This document shows positions 1-14,044 of a stretch of 64,000 nucleotides of DNA, piece after piece. Below the pieces are notes generated by a model. The model had not been told where the DNA came from. It saw nothing but the letters and a program-made list of their open reading frames with translations, and searched no databases. This stretch comes from Chrysomallon squamiferum (taxonomy: Eukaryota > Animalia > Mollusca), in assembly GCA_012295275.1 (NCBI GenBank), contig CM022673.1, forward strand, positions 5,332,001 to 5,396,000, in the 5' to 3' direction. Numbering within the stretch: position 1 is the first letter of the stretch; every line of letters begins with the position of its first letter. The translations under genes and the position numbers were made by a program.

Positions 1-18
1 TCAAAGTATATACATACA

Positions 19-54
<36 letters not shown>

Positions 55-58
55 TACA

Positions 59-92
<34 letters not shown>

Positions 93-515
93 ATTCTTTT
101 AACAGCATTTAATTTGATGCATCACCGATTTGTTTTAATCAGTGTCTCGTTGGCCATAAATCCTTAAATCTATCTAAATCTTAGGGCCAAAATTAACCTC
201 ATAAAAGAGATAGACATCCCAGTCATAATTAAGTTTCGCGTCCTATCGATGTAAGCTTGTGTAGACGACATTATGCTACGCTGTCGACATGACGCCCATT
301 GGCACAGAGAACTTAGTTTGGTTAATTGTATTAGTTCAGTAGCACCATTTCAATAGCTCTCGTGTGAATGTATGCCTTGAGTGGCGAGCGCAGTTTGTTT
401 TGCCCCGTGTTTATTGATGTCAGGGGAAGCGAACCTAGTTTAATGATAATCAAAAGGGACGGGTCTGAATAGAGTGAAAGAGCGTGTTTTCCAGTGTGTA
501 TGAGTGTGGAAGATA

Positions 516-547
<32 letters not shown>

Positions 548-1123
548 AATAATAATAATAATTATTATTATTATATTAATATTATCATTATTATTATAAA
601 AAATAGTGATAATGACAGCAGTAGTAGTAGTAGTAATAGTAATAGCAGTAGTAGAAGCAGTAGTAGTAGTAGTAGTAGTGGTAGTAGTAATAACACGAAG
701 AACAACGGTAACAACGAGATATGAATACACTTATTGCTCCTTTAATTAACACAGTTCAGTTATGGAGATAAATTTCTCCAGCCGGTCAGTTCAGATGTTT
801 TCTTATATAACTGTATATTCCCTTCACGTCACTGTTATGATATATACTTTTGACAGGCGTTTTCCCATCAGTACAAACATCACTATTTAATTATCAGGCC
901 GGTTGTTGACCCGGAAGACTAAAGAGGGGGCGGGTGTATTTGGTCAGCATTGTAACAGGTTAATAGGAGTTAATTGTCTCCCCTGATGTTACTATATACA
1001 AATTGTTCTGTAGCAAGATTACATGGAAGTATACAAAATCGTTATATTTACTGGAATTCTATATAAATTAATAAATGGGACTAGTTAGAAATAATGAGGA
1101 TAATAACTGACTCGCTCAGAATG

Positions 1124-1154
<31 letters not shown>

Positions 1155-3059
1155 CGCGTTACATTCGTAATAAAGAACAAAGCAAATAATTAAGCAGAAA
1201 ACCAAAACCCGCTAGGTTTTTTTATGGGTTTTTTTTCTATTAGTAAAAAATAATTTGAAACATGCAACGTCCCACAGACACGAAAACATATTAACCGGAA
1301 TTTAATAAAAAGTATTCGACAGTGGTTGGAACTTGAAAAAAACCCACCTATTGGCCATGAAGAAGAACTGATAGTCCCACCTACCAAGTCCCGAGCAAAC
1401 GTCATAACCTTGAGTTATAAACCTGCTCTTTAGTCTGAGAAAGAGATAACAGAACATTTTGTTCTTTGTCTGCAGTGAGAACTATATCACTTGTTTATCG
1501 GGCCTTCCCATTTATGTACCGGATAAATTAAAACTTTAAAGTTGTTGACCAGCTGTCGCGAAGCACGCCTTTCATGGTCACAAATAATTCGACAGCCTGA
1601 GCTTTTTGTTTAAGAGCTGTCATGGTCAGTGTTAACCAGTGCTGATTAGAAAGAAGAAGAAGAAGAAGAAGAAGAAGAAGAAGCAGAAGAAGAAATTAAC
1701 GAAAAGAGTTTATACCTTCAAAAAATTAGCTTGATCTATAGCAGCTATCAGGATGCTATTTTGGAACCTGCTGTGCATACTAGTTAATATATTTTTTAAA
1801 TATTCTAATACTAAAAATCACAGTATATAAATTTCTTATCTTTACAAAATTTTTTTACAAAGTACTAATGCAGTAATAATTGTATAGCAATAACGAAGTG
1901 AAACGACTCGAACTTTCAACCCATGCTTTCTCAAGATTTACTACGAAAGCCCCGAAACCTCATAAAATAACAGTCATTACACTTCTGTATTTCACTCAGT
2001 TCTGCAAAGATCATTGTGCAGTCAGTATACGTTATGTTAAACACGGGGAAACAGAAGAAAAAACAATTTAAAACACGGTTAACTGAGATACTAGCCGCCT
2101 TATTTATATCCTTCATTCATAGAAAATGTGTTTATTATTATTATTTATATGTATTTTTTATTTTTTATTTTTTTATGAGAGCGTACATGTGTGTGTGTGA
2201 GAAAGCCACGTGATTTCTGTGAAGATACAGCGAGAGAAAGTAAACATACCTACACGATGTAGATCACTGAGACAAATACATGCTCTTGTTCGGTTGCAAA
2301 ACTGTGCAGTCGTTTTGTTTATATCAGGGTCAAGAAACTTTCGATCATTTCTCTGGTAATCTCTGTAAAGAGAAATGTATTTGGTGGAGCCAGTTTTGAA
2401 AAGTAGGGCTTGTATTGTAAACTGGTGGTTGTTGTTTTGGGTGTGTTTTTTTTTTTTGTATTTAGGATTAATTTTTTATTTGTTTGTTTGTTTGTTTGTT
2501 ATTTTCCCCCCTCCCTTATCTCACACAGTACAGCAAAATAACGAGAGAAGAAAAACTTCTCGTCGTTTCTGTTGCAGTTATTATAAAGAGAAATTCGTTT
2601 GGCGGGGCTGATACTGAAAACTGCAGTTCGTATTTTATTACAGTAGTATTTGTTTGTTTATTAATATTGTTGTAATTGTTGTTGTCATTATTATTATTAT
2701 TGTTGTTGTTGTTGTTGATAATGCAGTATTGTATTGTAAATTAATAAAAGACAAACCTCCGGCCAAAAAAGTACAGAAACAAAAACAGAAACCGAAAAAA
2801 AAAAAAAAATAATAAAAATAAAAATAAAAGAAGATGATCAAAAACCAATATCAGCCAACAAAAAGCCCACCAAAAAAACAACAACAACACACACACACAC
2901 ACACGCACACGCACACAACAAATAAAAACAATCAAAGAACAACAAATACCCTCCTATCTCTTCTATACTTTCACAAACAAAACCCCCTCCTCTATATTGC
3001 CACCCTTGCTATTACTCAGCTATCTACAAGTCATATCCATATAATCAGATCAACGTTTG

Positions 3060-3090
<31 letters not shown>

Positions 3091-4656
3091 CCTTTAAAAA
3101 AGAAAATAGAGAAACGGACAGCTGTTCTTATTCTTTAATCTAGAAGCCCCGACTTTTCTGAACTCTTGTTATAATTACGTGAATAACATGACACGAATCG
3201 CGAAGTAGGAAGTAGCTGGCTGTTTGTTTGCCAGTTATTACGATGGCATCGGGCGAACAAAACAAAAACCAAACAAACACACTAAATAGATCCCGTTAAC
3301 GTCTAACGGTAAAGAATCCAGCATTCGCCGTTGTTGTTTGATTGGACGAAAGTACTAAGGCTTGGAATGGTAGTTAGTTGTAATGGTAACAGTAGCGAAG
3401 AGAGACCACGTTTTCTGCGACATACAGGAAAAAAAAATCATTCAGTTCCGAGCGGACGGGAAGAAAAGGCATTTATTGATGTACAAAACATCGCTGCTGA
3501 ATGCTGCGCTTGATTATCCGTGAGTAGAATTTTTTTTTTTTTTTTTTTTTTTTTACAAAATCTGTTTGATTATTTTCATACCAGTCTTATAGATTCTTTA
3601 TATATATATATATGTCGGTAATTGTGTTAGTTTTTTTTTGATATTTTTACCCCTAATTTAAATAAAATATATAATTGTTTTACTTCGATTGTTTTTGAAA
3701 TTCGGATTATTATTCTTACCCTTATTTGTACAATTGCTCTTACTTATGAGGTGAAATATCTGTTCATGTTGCTACCATTATTAGTAATAGTTTTACTATA
3801 ATTTTTACTACTACTGCTTCTACTACAACTACTACTATCACCACTACTACTAATACTACTATTGCTATTGCAACTATTTTTACTGCTACTGCTATTATTA
3901 CTATTATTACTACTTATACTTCAACTATTACTGCTACTAGTGTTTCTATTACTACTACTACCACCACTATTACTATTGCAACTTCGATTAAAATACAACT
4001 ACTGTTATAACAGCAATTAATAGTGCTATTACTACAACTACTACTGCAAACATGTTACTTCAGCTACTCTTACTACTATCACTAGTGTACATCTGTTGTC
4101 ACTGTTATCAGTCTTCAATATATTTATATACGTATTCATAACTGTGACTGTGTGTGTGTATGTGTCTGTCTGTATATAAATGTATATATGTCTGTACATA
4201 TTTACGTATACACTTACGTATATATTTATGCAAGCACAAAAGCATACTGTTACATACGATACTGTGTGCTTCATTTTTCTTTATTCTATATATAATCTCT
4301 CTAAAGTTTAAAACTTTAAAGATTCATGGTTCGTGTCTCTGCTCACAGAACTGAACAAAAAAAATAAAATAAAATAAAGAAACAGGCTGCTTTACAAGCA
4401 GAATATTGGCCTTTATATGCAGGACTCGGTGCATAAAACTGTTTTGTGTGTAAGCAGCAACGTAAGCTCATCTCGGATAAATGAATCTTCGCGAGGTCAC
4501 GGGGGTACTGTGAACAAGAGTCCTGGAGATGAAATCTAGCAAATAACCGACTCTTCAACCGCGACCTAAAGAAAATTACTGTACATAATAGCATATGTGT
4601 AGACGTTTGATAACTGATAGAGACTGCTGGATAAGATTAAAAAAATAGAAAAACAG

Positions 4657-4756
<100 letters not shown>

Positions 4757-4947
4757 GGATAACTGAGGTTATCTTTGGTAATTATTAAATGAACATTGAT
4801 GAAATTATTTTTATTTACTGTCACAGCCTTATTTTAAATTGAGGAGAGTAAATAGCGCTCCAACATATCACTAAAATTATTTTTTAATTTTAATTTCTTT
4901 TTTTTTTTTTTTGAAAAGAAGGAACTCGGGTGGAACATAACAACATA

Positions 4948-4998
<51 letters not shown>

Positions 4999-6019
4999 TA
5001 AAAAAAAAAAAAAAAAATAAAAAATATTTCTTAAATTTATTATATCAAATTTTTTATTTCAAAAGAAATAATCAAATTTTGTTGCGATACTTTTCGTAGT
5101 TCAAAGAACATAATTTTATAATTAATTAATTAATTAATTAATAATAGTCGCAAATGAAATTATAAATACTCGCGTTAACTGATGGCAGAATTTTTCTGAA
5201 ATAACGCATGTAAATATGACTGTAAAGTTTTCTCTTATTATCGCGTTCAGTAACGGCTCGAGTAATATAAAGATCTGTTCTGATTTCTGTGTTTTCACAA
5301 TTATTCTGTGTTTTCACATTGTTTTGCCACCTTATAAAATTATTAATACGCGGGCGTTAAAGCTCATAACTGTGATGTCGACCTTCAACGAGATGTATCC
5401 ATTTTTATCACGTTGGTTTGTTAATATATATATTTTTTTTATATACAATTAGTGCTATTGTTTACATGTTAGATACATAATAACTGCTATATTCGGGTGT
5501 GGAAACAGATAAATTACATAAGTATGGAGTTGTATTATTATTATTATTTTAAAATATTCCTCTAATGACATCAAAATGGTACAATAGGTTATCACCTTTT
5601 TGCACCTACACCTCGTTAATAACGCTAAATATATCCTTTAAGAAGTAACATATGTATATGGCTTGCAAATTATTCTACAACTTTGTAGAATGTTTTTTTT
5701 TGGAATTTCTTAGTTAACATGGATAACAATTATGGCATCTGGCGAACACTTATTGTGGCTACTAAAGGTGGCAGTACAGTAAATGATCTCTTGATGTAAG
5801 CGATGTTAACTTTATTTTCATATAGTTAATTGAAAACAGATGATTTGGGGGGTTTTGGGGTTGTTGTTTTTTTCTCACTGATTTTATACTTTTTCTTTTA
5901 TTTCCTAATTTTCTTATTTTTGTTCTTGTGTTCCATTTGTTTTCTTTTTTTCTTGTTCTTACTGTTCTTATTAAAACCATCGCTGTTAGTTGTGAAAGTG
6001 TATTTCTTCTTTTTTCTGC

Positions 6020-6174
6020 TGCTATTACTATTCTTATTCCTCATCCTCATCCTACTACTCCTACTACTTCTACTCCTACTACTTTTACTACTCCTCCTAC
6101 TACTACTTCTACTACTCCTACTACTACTACTCCTACTGCTTCTACTACTACTACTCCTACTACTTCTACTACTC

Positions 6175-6205
<31 letters not shown>

Positions 6206-6850
6206 TCCTACTACTTCTACTCCTCCTACTACTACTCCTACTACTACGTCTACTCCTACAACTACTTCTACTCCTACTACTACGTCTACTCCTACTACTA
6301 CTTCTACTACTACTACTACTACTACTACCGCTACTATTACTATAACTACTACAGCTGCTACAAGTACTACTACTACTGCTAGTACTCTACAGCTTCTACT
6401 ATTACTACTGCTATTACTACAAGTACTACTACTACCGCTACTACTACTATAACTACTACAAGTAATACTACTACTACTAGTACGCTATTGCTTCTACTAT
6501 TACTACTACTATTGCTACAAGTACTACTACTACTTCTATTGCTACTGCTATTACTCTTGCTTCTGTTACTGCTTTACTTTGTACAACTTTTTTTCAGCTA
6601 CGGATATTAGAACGGCTTTTTTCCTAACACTACGACTAGACAACAACATAAACAGCAGCAACAAGAACAATTACTTCTACTACTGCCATTACAGCTACTT
6701 CTACCACTACAGCATCTAACATAGCCAATACTACTACTACTCCAAGAACTATTACTAATATTACTGCTAGTATTACTACAGCTTCTACTATAACTACTGC
6801 TATAGCTGCTACTACTGCTGTTACTAATCTTACAACTGTAACTACTGTAA
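6020..6850 (+). repeat. Degenerate (CTA/TAC)n trinucleotide array
   Basis: Directly visible; source of the poly-L and poly-T ORFs. Similar arrays occur at ~3790-4080, 45130-45360 and 46060-46440. Confidence 0.9.
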
Positions 6851-7379
6851 TGGAATATGATTCATAATCTTCCCATCTAAGAATCTCCATCCCATTCTTG
6901 TTCCCTTTTCTCTTCTAAATTCTTAACAGAAGACTTGTCTATGTTTGTAATTATGATTTGGACATGAGTCTGTCTCCCTTATACATTCTATTCACTCTTA
7001 ACGTGGAAATATTCCTGACAACTGGGACAATAGTAAAACAAAAAAAAATAGATGTAGCTATTCTGGCACCTCAAACAGACATTACGATTTCTTTTTCTGA
7101 TCTTGTTCTTCACGTGTTTAGATACTGTTCATTCCTCATCTAATTGTGAGCCCCAAGTTAGTCTGTTTATTATTATTATTTTTAGTCAAAGTGTGATGTT
7201 TTGCACGTTCACTGTTTGTTCGTTTTACTGTTATTGCTAAACGTAACTGTTTGCTTAGGTTTTGCTTAGGTTTTGCTTTTCTTTTGTAATTCAACGTGAG
7301 ATGTTTAATGATGAAGCTCGCTGTGAAATTTTAGACTTGGTTTGTCACGTGAATCTTTGCACAATATTTCTACAGTTGC

Positions 7380-7459
<80 letters not shown>

Positions 7460-8382
7460 TAACAATAACAATAACAATAACAATGTTAGGGCAAATTCTA
7501 CCCAAACATTCTTATGGTTGTAATTCAAACCTTTATTATGTTGTAATTCAACGTCAATTGTTATACAGTCTTTAAAAGTCTTGTTCACAATTAGTTAAGG
7601 CTGTTAGTCATTCATTCCCATTTGTACTAAATTAACTATTTTTACTTTTGCAGATTATTTTTTTTCCTTTCAGTTTAAAATTCTGAACACCATTTTACTA
7701 CTGTTATTCTGCGAGAAATTTTGCAAAACGTTTGCGCACGGTTTGTCACGGTAATTACTCGACGTGAAATATTGCAAAATTACAGTTTGTCACGGTAGCG
7801 ACGAAAGGTTGAAACTGTTTGCAAACTATTTGCTACATGCAAACTATTTGCAGACAGTTTGTCGTAGCTATTCGGTTGTTATTCAAGATGAAATTTTGTC
7901 ACGGTAGCAGTTTATTTGCAGACGGTTTGTATGTTCTATGTGAAATATTGCAAACTATTTGCACAACGGTTGTTATCAAGATGAAATTACGTAGTTTTTA
8001 AAATTATTAATACGTATTTTAACATTATTTCTCTTGATATCACTGAAACTGTTCTGCTGATTGAGTAAAAATAATTAACATTCACCATAAAACGTTGTTT
8101 TGACTATAATTAAAGGACTTGCAAGAGTTTAACACTAGGAAACAGAAGTCACTGACCGTTACGTTACAATCCATTACAGTTTTAATGTTTCATAAAATTT
8201 TACCTTTATCTGCTATTAAAGGCACGATATCAGTTTTCAGGTAGATAAGCAACTGTTATCAAATGTTTCACATAAGTTCTCACATAACGGTTTAGTCTGT
8301 ATTTTGCTTTTGCCACGACCTTTGGTCGTGTGGTTATAATCAGATATAACGGTTCATTGCTGTTTTTCTGTTATGTAGAATT

Positions 8383-8485
8383 TATTGTTATCAGATAAAT
8401 GTTATTAAATGATTTAGTCTCGAAATCTGATGTCTCTGTCTGTATGTAGACTAAACCATTTAATAACATTTATCTGATAACAATA
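8383..8485. repeat. Inverted repeat: 38-bp arms with 1 mismatch and a 27-nt spacer
   Basis: 8383-8420 TATTGTTATCAGATAAATGTTATTAAATGATTTAGTCT versus reverse complement of 8448-8485 TATTGTTATCAGATAAATGTTATTAAATGGTTTAGTCT. Confidence 0.9.
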
Positions 8486-8912
8486 TATATATGACAGTAT
8501 ATCCAAAAAAATGTTCTGTGGCAGACTTTACGACTGTATTGTTAAAAGGATTTATTGTTTTTTTGTGAAATGATTCTCCCGTCTACAACACAGACATCCA
8601 CGAACTGCGATATTTCCTCTACCGTAACAGTAAACACACACGTTTATTTTTAGAAATTAATTATTCTAGTATATACAGATTTTTTTTTTTTTTTTTGCGC
8701 ACGATTAATAAATCTAAAAATACAGATTAAAAGGAAAAATATTCTGACTGATTTCCCATCATCTGGCATACATGTCAAATTAATAAAACGCCATGAAAGT
8801 TATAATGAATTAGCTGTATCGATGCATGTTTTGATGTATGTTTGTGTGTGTATTTTTGTGTGTGTATACATATATATATGTCTGTATGTATTTATATATA
8901 TCTTAGTATATA

Positions 8913-8967
<55 letters not shown>

Positions 8968-10191
8968 ATATATGCAGACATGCATGTGTATATTTGTATG
9001 TATGTATTAGTGTATATTTCGTGTGTTTATATGATTATGTTTGTGTGTATAGATTCATGCCTGTATGTATGTGTAGAAATATAAATATAACAACACTCGT
9101 ATGTTTGTGTTATGTCTTAATACAGCTATGAATGAATGAATGATTTACTGAACGATTCCATTCATACAAATACCATAAACATATCAAATAACAAATTAAC
9201 GGTCGTCACAACAAATAAACTGAAAAAAATCAAACAAGTAAGAAAAACAAACAAGACTCTTCGCGTGTGAGAAATGACAACATAAATCTGCGTTTCTTCA
9301 CCTGCAACACAAACACGTTTTGGCACGCGCATTCCTCGCGGTGCACAATGTTCGCGCCTAGATTAGTTCGCACTCTGTAACTCACGTGAGGAAATAACCG
9401 TATTTCTCTCATCACCAGCAAGAATTTTCTCTCGATTGCAGTACTTTCTATTTTTACAAGTTCGACCGCTTGAACAAATAACGGAACACTTGCGGTTTTT
9501 TTTTTTTTTTTTTTTTTTTTTTGTTCTACGTTTTTCTCTTTTAGGTTCATTGTGGCACTTACAGATACGACCACTTGTTTCCATTTGTACTTTTATCTTA
9601 ATTGACATCTACCAGTGCGAAATGGTCTGGTTAATGTTTTAAGTACGGGGCTAGCGGCAGATCCAGAGTGGGGGAAACGCTGATAGGTGCTATTTTGCCT
9701 TTGATCATCAAACTGTACTAGTTATTTTAGCCCTTTTCATTTTCACAGCATCTCGTTTTACATTCGTCCGTACGTTCATTCAGGACTTCCTCAGCAAGAT
9801 TACGCTGTTGTGTGTTAGGATGTAGGTGACCAAATATTTCCAGTAAGAATTTTACTGTGTGCACCACCCCTTAACAAAGTTTATAGCAAACAGGGTCTGT
9901 TATTATTTGCCTACATAATGTGATATATGTCATTCTTAGTGCAAAAACCAACTACTGTTACACTTTCTACGTTATTCAGCTGCTGTTTTTTTTTACCCCA
10001 GTCCAGCTATGTCATGTTAAAAGAATTCTTTTTTATATATGATAAAATGATACTTTTGGTTCAAAACTGTTTTTTAAAAATCCATATAATTACAAATAAA
10101 CATTTTTTTTTCTATGACTAGCCGTAATTTTGTTAATAAATATTTCTATTTTATATATTTATTTATAAATTTATATGTTTGTTTATTTATT

Positions 10192-10224
<33 letters not shown>

Positions 10225-12049
10225 TTAAAAAATACAAATAATAGTTATCCTAATTCGTTTTTTTCAAATTAACGAAAATTTGTAACTTAAACCTTTGTGT
10301 TCATTACTAACATTACACACAAAATCGTGAAAAACACAAATCTGCCGACAGTGTTTCAAAAAGGATGTCATTTATGTTTACGCATGAAAATTGCATTGAC
10401 ATAAATTTATCTTTATTTAGTCTGCTTGAATTCTGAAAGGACTGCATTTAATGTAACAAGACCTGATAAAAATACCACAGAACTTATACATCCAGTGACC
10501 TTCGGTCCAGGCTGTCATTATGTTACCAGTCTAGTAACGCAAGATGTTATCGCGTTCCCGGAAATACGATCTGCGCATGTCACCAGTGTCGAACAGTCAT
10601 CATTAAAATACGGATCAAGAACCGATGGTCGTTAAAACAGAATTAAAACTATTCATGAAATAACTGAAGTGATATTTTCAATTAAGACCTGTGTATATGT
10701 GTTGTTGTAGTTGCTGATGCTGTTGCAGTTATTGTCGGTGTTGTTGTCTGATGAAATAATGATCGAGTAGTGACTGAACAGATGCGTCGTTGCCCGTAAG
10801 TCAAAATGTAACATGATGATTTTGTTGTTGTGCTCGTTTTAACGTTAGTGTAAGTACTTGAGAGAACGAGAGAGAAAAGTGTTTTATGTTGTATTGCAGG
10901 TAGTGACACAGAGTCGATGTTTTCATAAAAATAATATTGTGTACATTATTTTGGTCATCAGTTGAGAAAGACACGAAGGCAGAAAGTGAAAGAAGAATAT
11001 TGAACATACATACATACATATATACATACACATTACATACATTCATACATACATGTACACTTACATACCTACATACAAGCAAGCATACACACAAAGACAC
11101 ACAGACACAAATATATCCATACATTCATATGTAGAAACATACGTACATATAAAGACATAGATATATATTCATACATTCATATATACATAAAGACAGAAAC
11201 AGGTGGTGTTATTTTCATAGCTGCTGTAATGTAATGAAAATCTTGATTTTAGTATCTCTCCCTGTTAACAATCGTATTAGTAGTATTGTAGTAATTGTAC
11301 TAGTATTTAGTAACGTATTACTATTAAAAGCATTTATTATCCATAGTAATAAACCGTAAGCTCCACTTATATTGTTACAGTTTATTTTTCTGATGACAAA
11401 ACGTTCATTCTTTATAAAACAGAATTAAACGTATTTTTCCTTTAGGTCTGGTTTTAGCATTATTAATGATTTACAGAACACTATTAATAAGCTCTTCTAA
11501 TCCTGTGAATTATTTAACCCGTGGTAATACTACTAATACGACTGTTGAATGGCTTTGTTGTGCTTGCAAAAACCAGATGTTGCAAACGCCACTGGAAAAC
11601 TTCACAGCAATTTAATCCATCATGGATTTTTTCATAAATGGACAAGCGCTGGTGATAAACATGTCATATTTATAGGTCATTATTAATCAATCTGTTATTT
11701 TCTATGCTTAGCATTTATTACTGTTGTTACAGACAGTCGATATATAACCCACTCTTACCACTTAACACCATTGATCCATCTACTGGTTTGCGAAGACGAG
11801 AAGTGTACCATTGCTTGACGTTTGATCTTGCTGCTTTCAAGCCTTAGGCGTGCGTTTTACCATTAATTTTGCCATTAATATCTATACCTGTTCAGTTATA
11901 TGTTGTTGTTTTTTCATACTGAAGAATTTTTTTTATTTTTATTTTTATTAATTTTTTTTTATAAATTTCAAATCCTATTTGATAATAGCTGTTGGCGCGT
12001 AGTACTGTGTTCTATTAAAGTGCGCCACGCAGACCAATACCTCTGACTT

Positions 12050-12219
12050 CAGTACTCGAGGTTTACCTCACCCTTAGTCCACATCTGTCCAGCCTCTAAC
12101 CACTGTCCAGTCCAGCGTGGGTGCCTCTAACAGAAGCCAAAGCCCCTGCTGGCACATCTCTTTGGGTCACTGAGACATACAAGCCCCTTCACCACGTCAA
12201 GGAATGGACTGTGAAGGGG
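12050..12219 (-). mobile_element. RTE-clade LINE/SINE 5' end fragment (BovB/Rex3-like head)
   Basis: Minus strand reads CCCCTTCACAGTCCATTCCTTGACGTGGTGAAGGGGCTTGTATGTCTCAGTGACCCAAAGAGATGTGCCAGCAGGGG. This resembles, from memory, the RTE 5' motif CCTTGTCGTGGCGAAGGGGCTTG...CTCAATGA. No ORF follows, and the distal end is approximate. Confidence 0.55.
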
Positions 12220-14006
12220 TTACAAGATAATGGATTTTGACATCGTTTCAACCGATTTTACATTATGTGTGAGAAATGTTGTTTCGTAATGACTTGTCGA
12301 TTGAAGAAGCCTCCTGAATACATTATATGATCCATTTTTGTAAGTCAACAACAAGCAAAATGTTTTTTGTGTTCCGAGAGACAGAAAATCACATACCACA
12401 TTGTCTGAAATCACAGACATGAGTAGAATTGTAGACAAAGGGCGTAATTAGAGGGATCCTAGAAAAGTGATCAGGACGTGCGACTTTTAATTTATTTTTA
12501 TTTTTTTATTTTTTTTGGGGGGATAGATCAAATTATTATTTTTATTTCATTTTTGTTATTTTAGGTACTGATATATTTGTTTTGTTTATTATATATCACC
12601 ACCAACAACAACAACAAACAAGCACCACCACAACAACCAACAACAATAATAACAACAACAACAACAGCAACAACGATAATGACGATGATGATGATGATGA
12701 TGATGATAATAATTATAATAATAATAACGGTGACAACAACAACATCAACAATATTATTAATAATAAAAATAATAACAGTTACTAGTTTCAAATAAGTTCA
12801 TAATACAGCCTTACATTTGCATTACCAATATTACTAAATCTAACAGTCGTAAACTTTGAAAGAAAAACCGCACCACCCCTTCACCATCAAAATAAATAAA
12901 TAAATAAATACCCTGTTAGCTTGCAGTCGATCAGAAAGATACCTTTTTCCCACCTATTCACCTATAACAAAACTGGAAACCTCATAATTAATAACAAAAA
13001 ATTAGCCACTAAAACAACTATGTGTAACGCGCATACGCACTAACCAGCAATGTAATCAAATATATTCAACAGAAACCATCTATTAACATGATATTTAAAG
13101 AGAAAAATACCTGGTAAAGGATCAAATTAAATCTTTAGTTCAGTAATTATTTCGTAAGGCATCGTTCTATTAATTCTATTAAAGGATCATATAATTATTA
13201 AAGAAGAAAAAAAAAAATGGTCTTTTTAATCATTTCTTTACGAAAGTATAAAATGATATCAGCGGAGTGTAAAGTTATTGAGAAAAATAAAACTCAAAGG
13301 GTTAAGCACATCTTTAAGCGATCTCATTCACATAGAAGACCACTTTAGTAACATCTGATATTTTTGACATTTTTATTTTCGTGTACGCAAGTACGTTTTG
13401 TTAAATTTTAAACTGGAAAGCGTGACCACCTGTGGTTTAGAGTTTCTCTGAACACCTGTTTCGGATTCAGTTTTCTGTGTCGTGTTTCACACTTAAACAT
13501 TTTTAAACTAGCAATGAACTTTACGAATATTTGGCTTTACCTTTCGGAAGCTTGCGTCTCAAATTTAACTATGACGTCATAGTGATTATTTATAAAAAAA
13601 AATTTTTTTTTTTTTTTTTTTAATCATTTTGAATGCTTATTTAAATTATTATTATTGCTTTTAAAATTAATTAATACATTTTTTTTTTTTTCAGTTGATT
13701 GTTATAATTATGTGCGTAATAATTAATATACTAATTATTCTGAGTATTAATTAATTAAGTTTCAAAAGTTAAAACGACTATTCTTACGTTGAATCTACGA
13801 CAGATAACATCAAAACGCTGCAACCATTCACTTCGAAGTAAACGTACCACAGCTTCTCATTAAATAAAAATTGAAAAATAATTATTAACAAAAAAAAAAA
13901 AGAATTAAAAAATTAAAAAATCAAGAACAAGAAAATGTTATTTTGTTTAAGAAAACCCAATTAAGTTCATATTAAAGGGACATAATGTAGGATTTTCAAC
14001 CTTTCA

Positions 14007-14044
<38 letters not shown>

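Noticed and set aside
5830-6452. Long ORFs of 171 and 174 aa (poly-Leu; mucin-like Thr/Pro)
   Set aside because: They are translations of a degenerate (CTA)n microsatellite, open in more than one frame, with no splice or start context. The same applies to the poly-SL, ER, VC, YI, I, N and T ORFs throughout the track.
7253-7276. TTAGG telomere-like motifs
   Set aside because: There are only two copies, within an 11-bp duplication; this is not a telomeric array.
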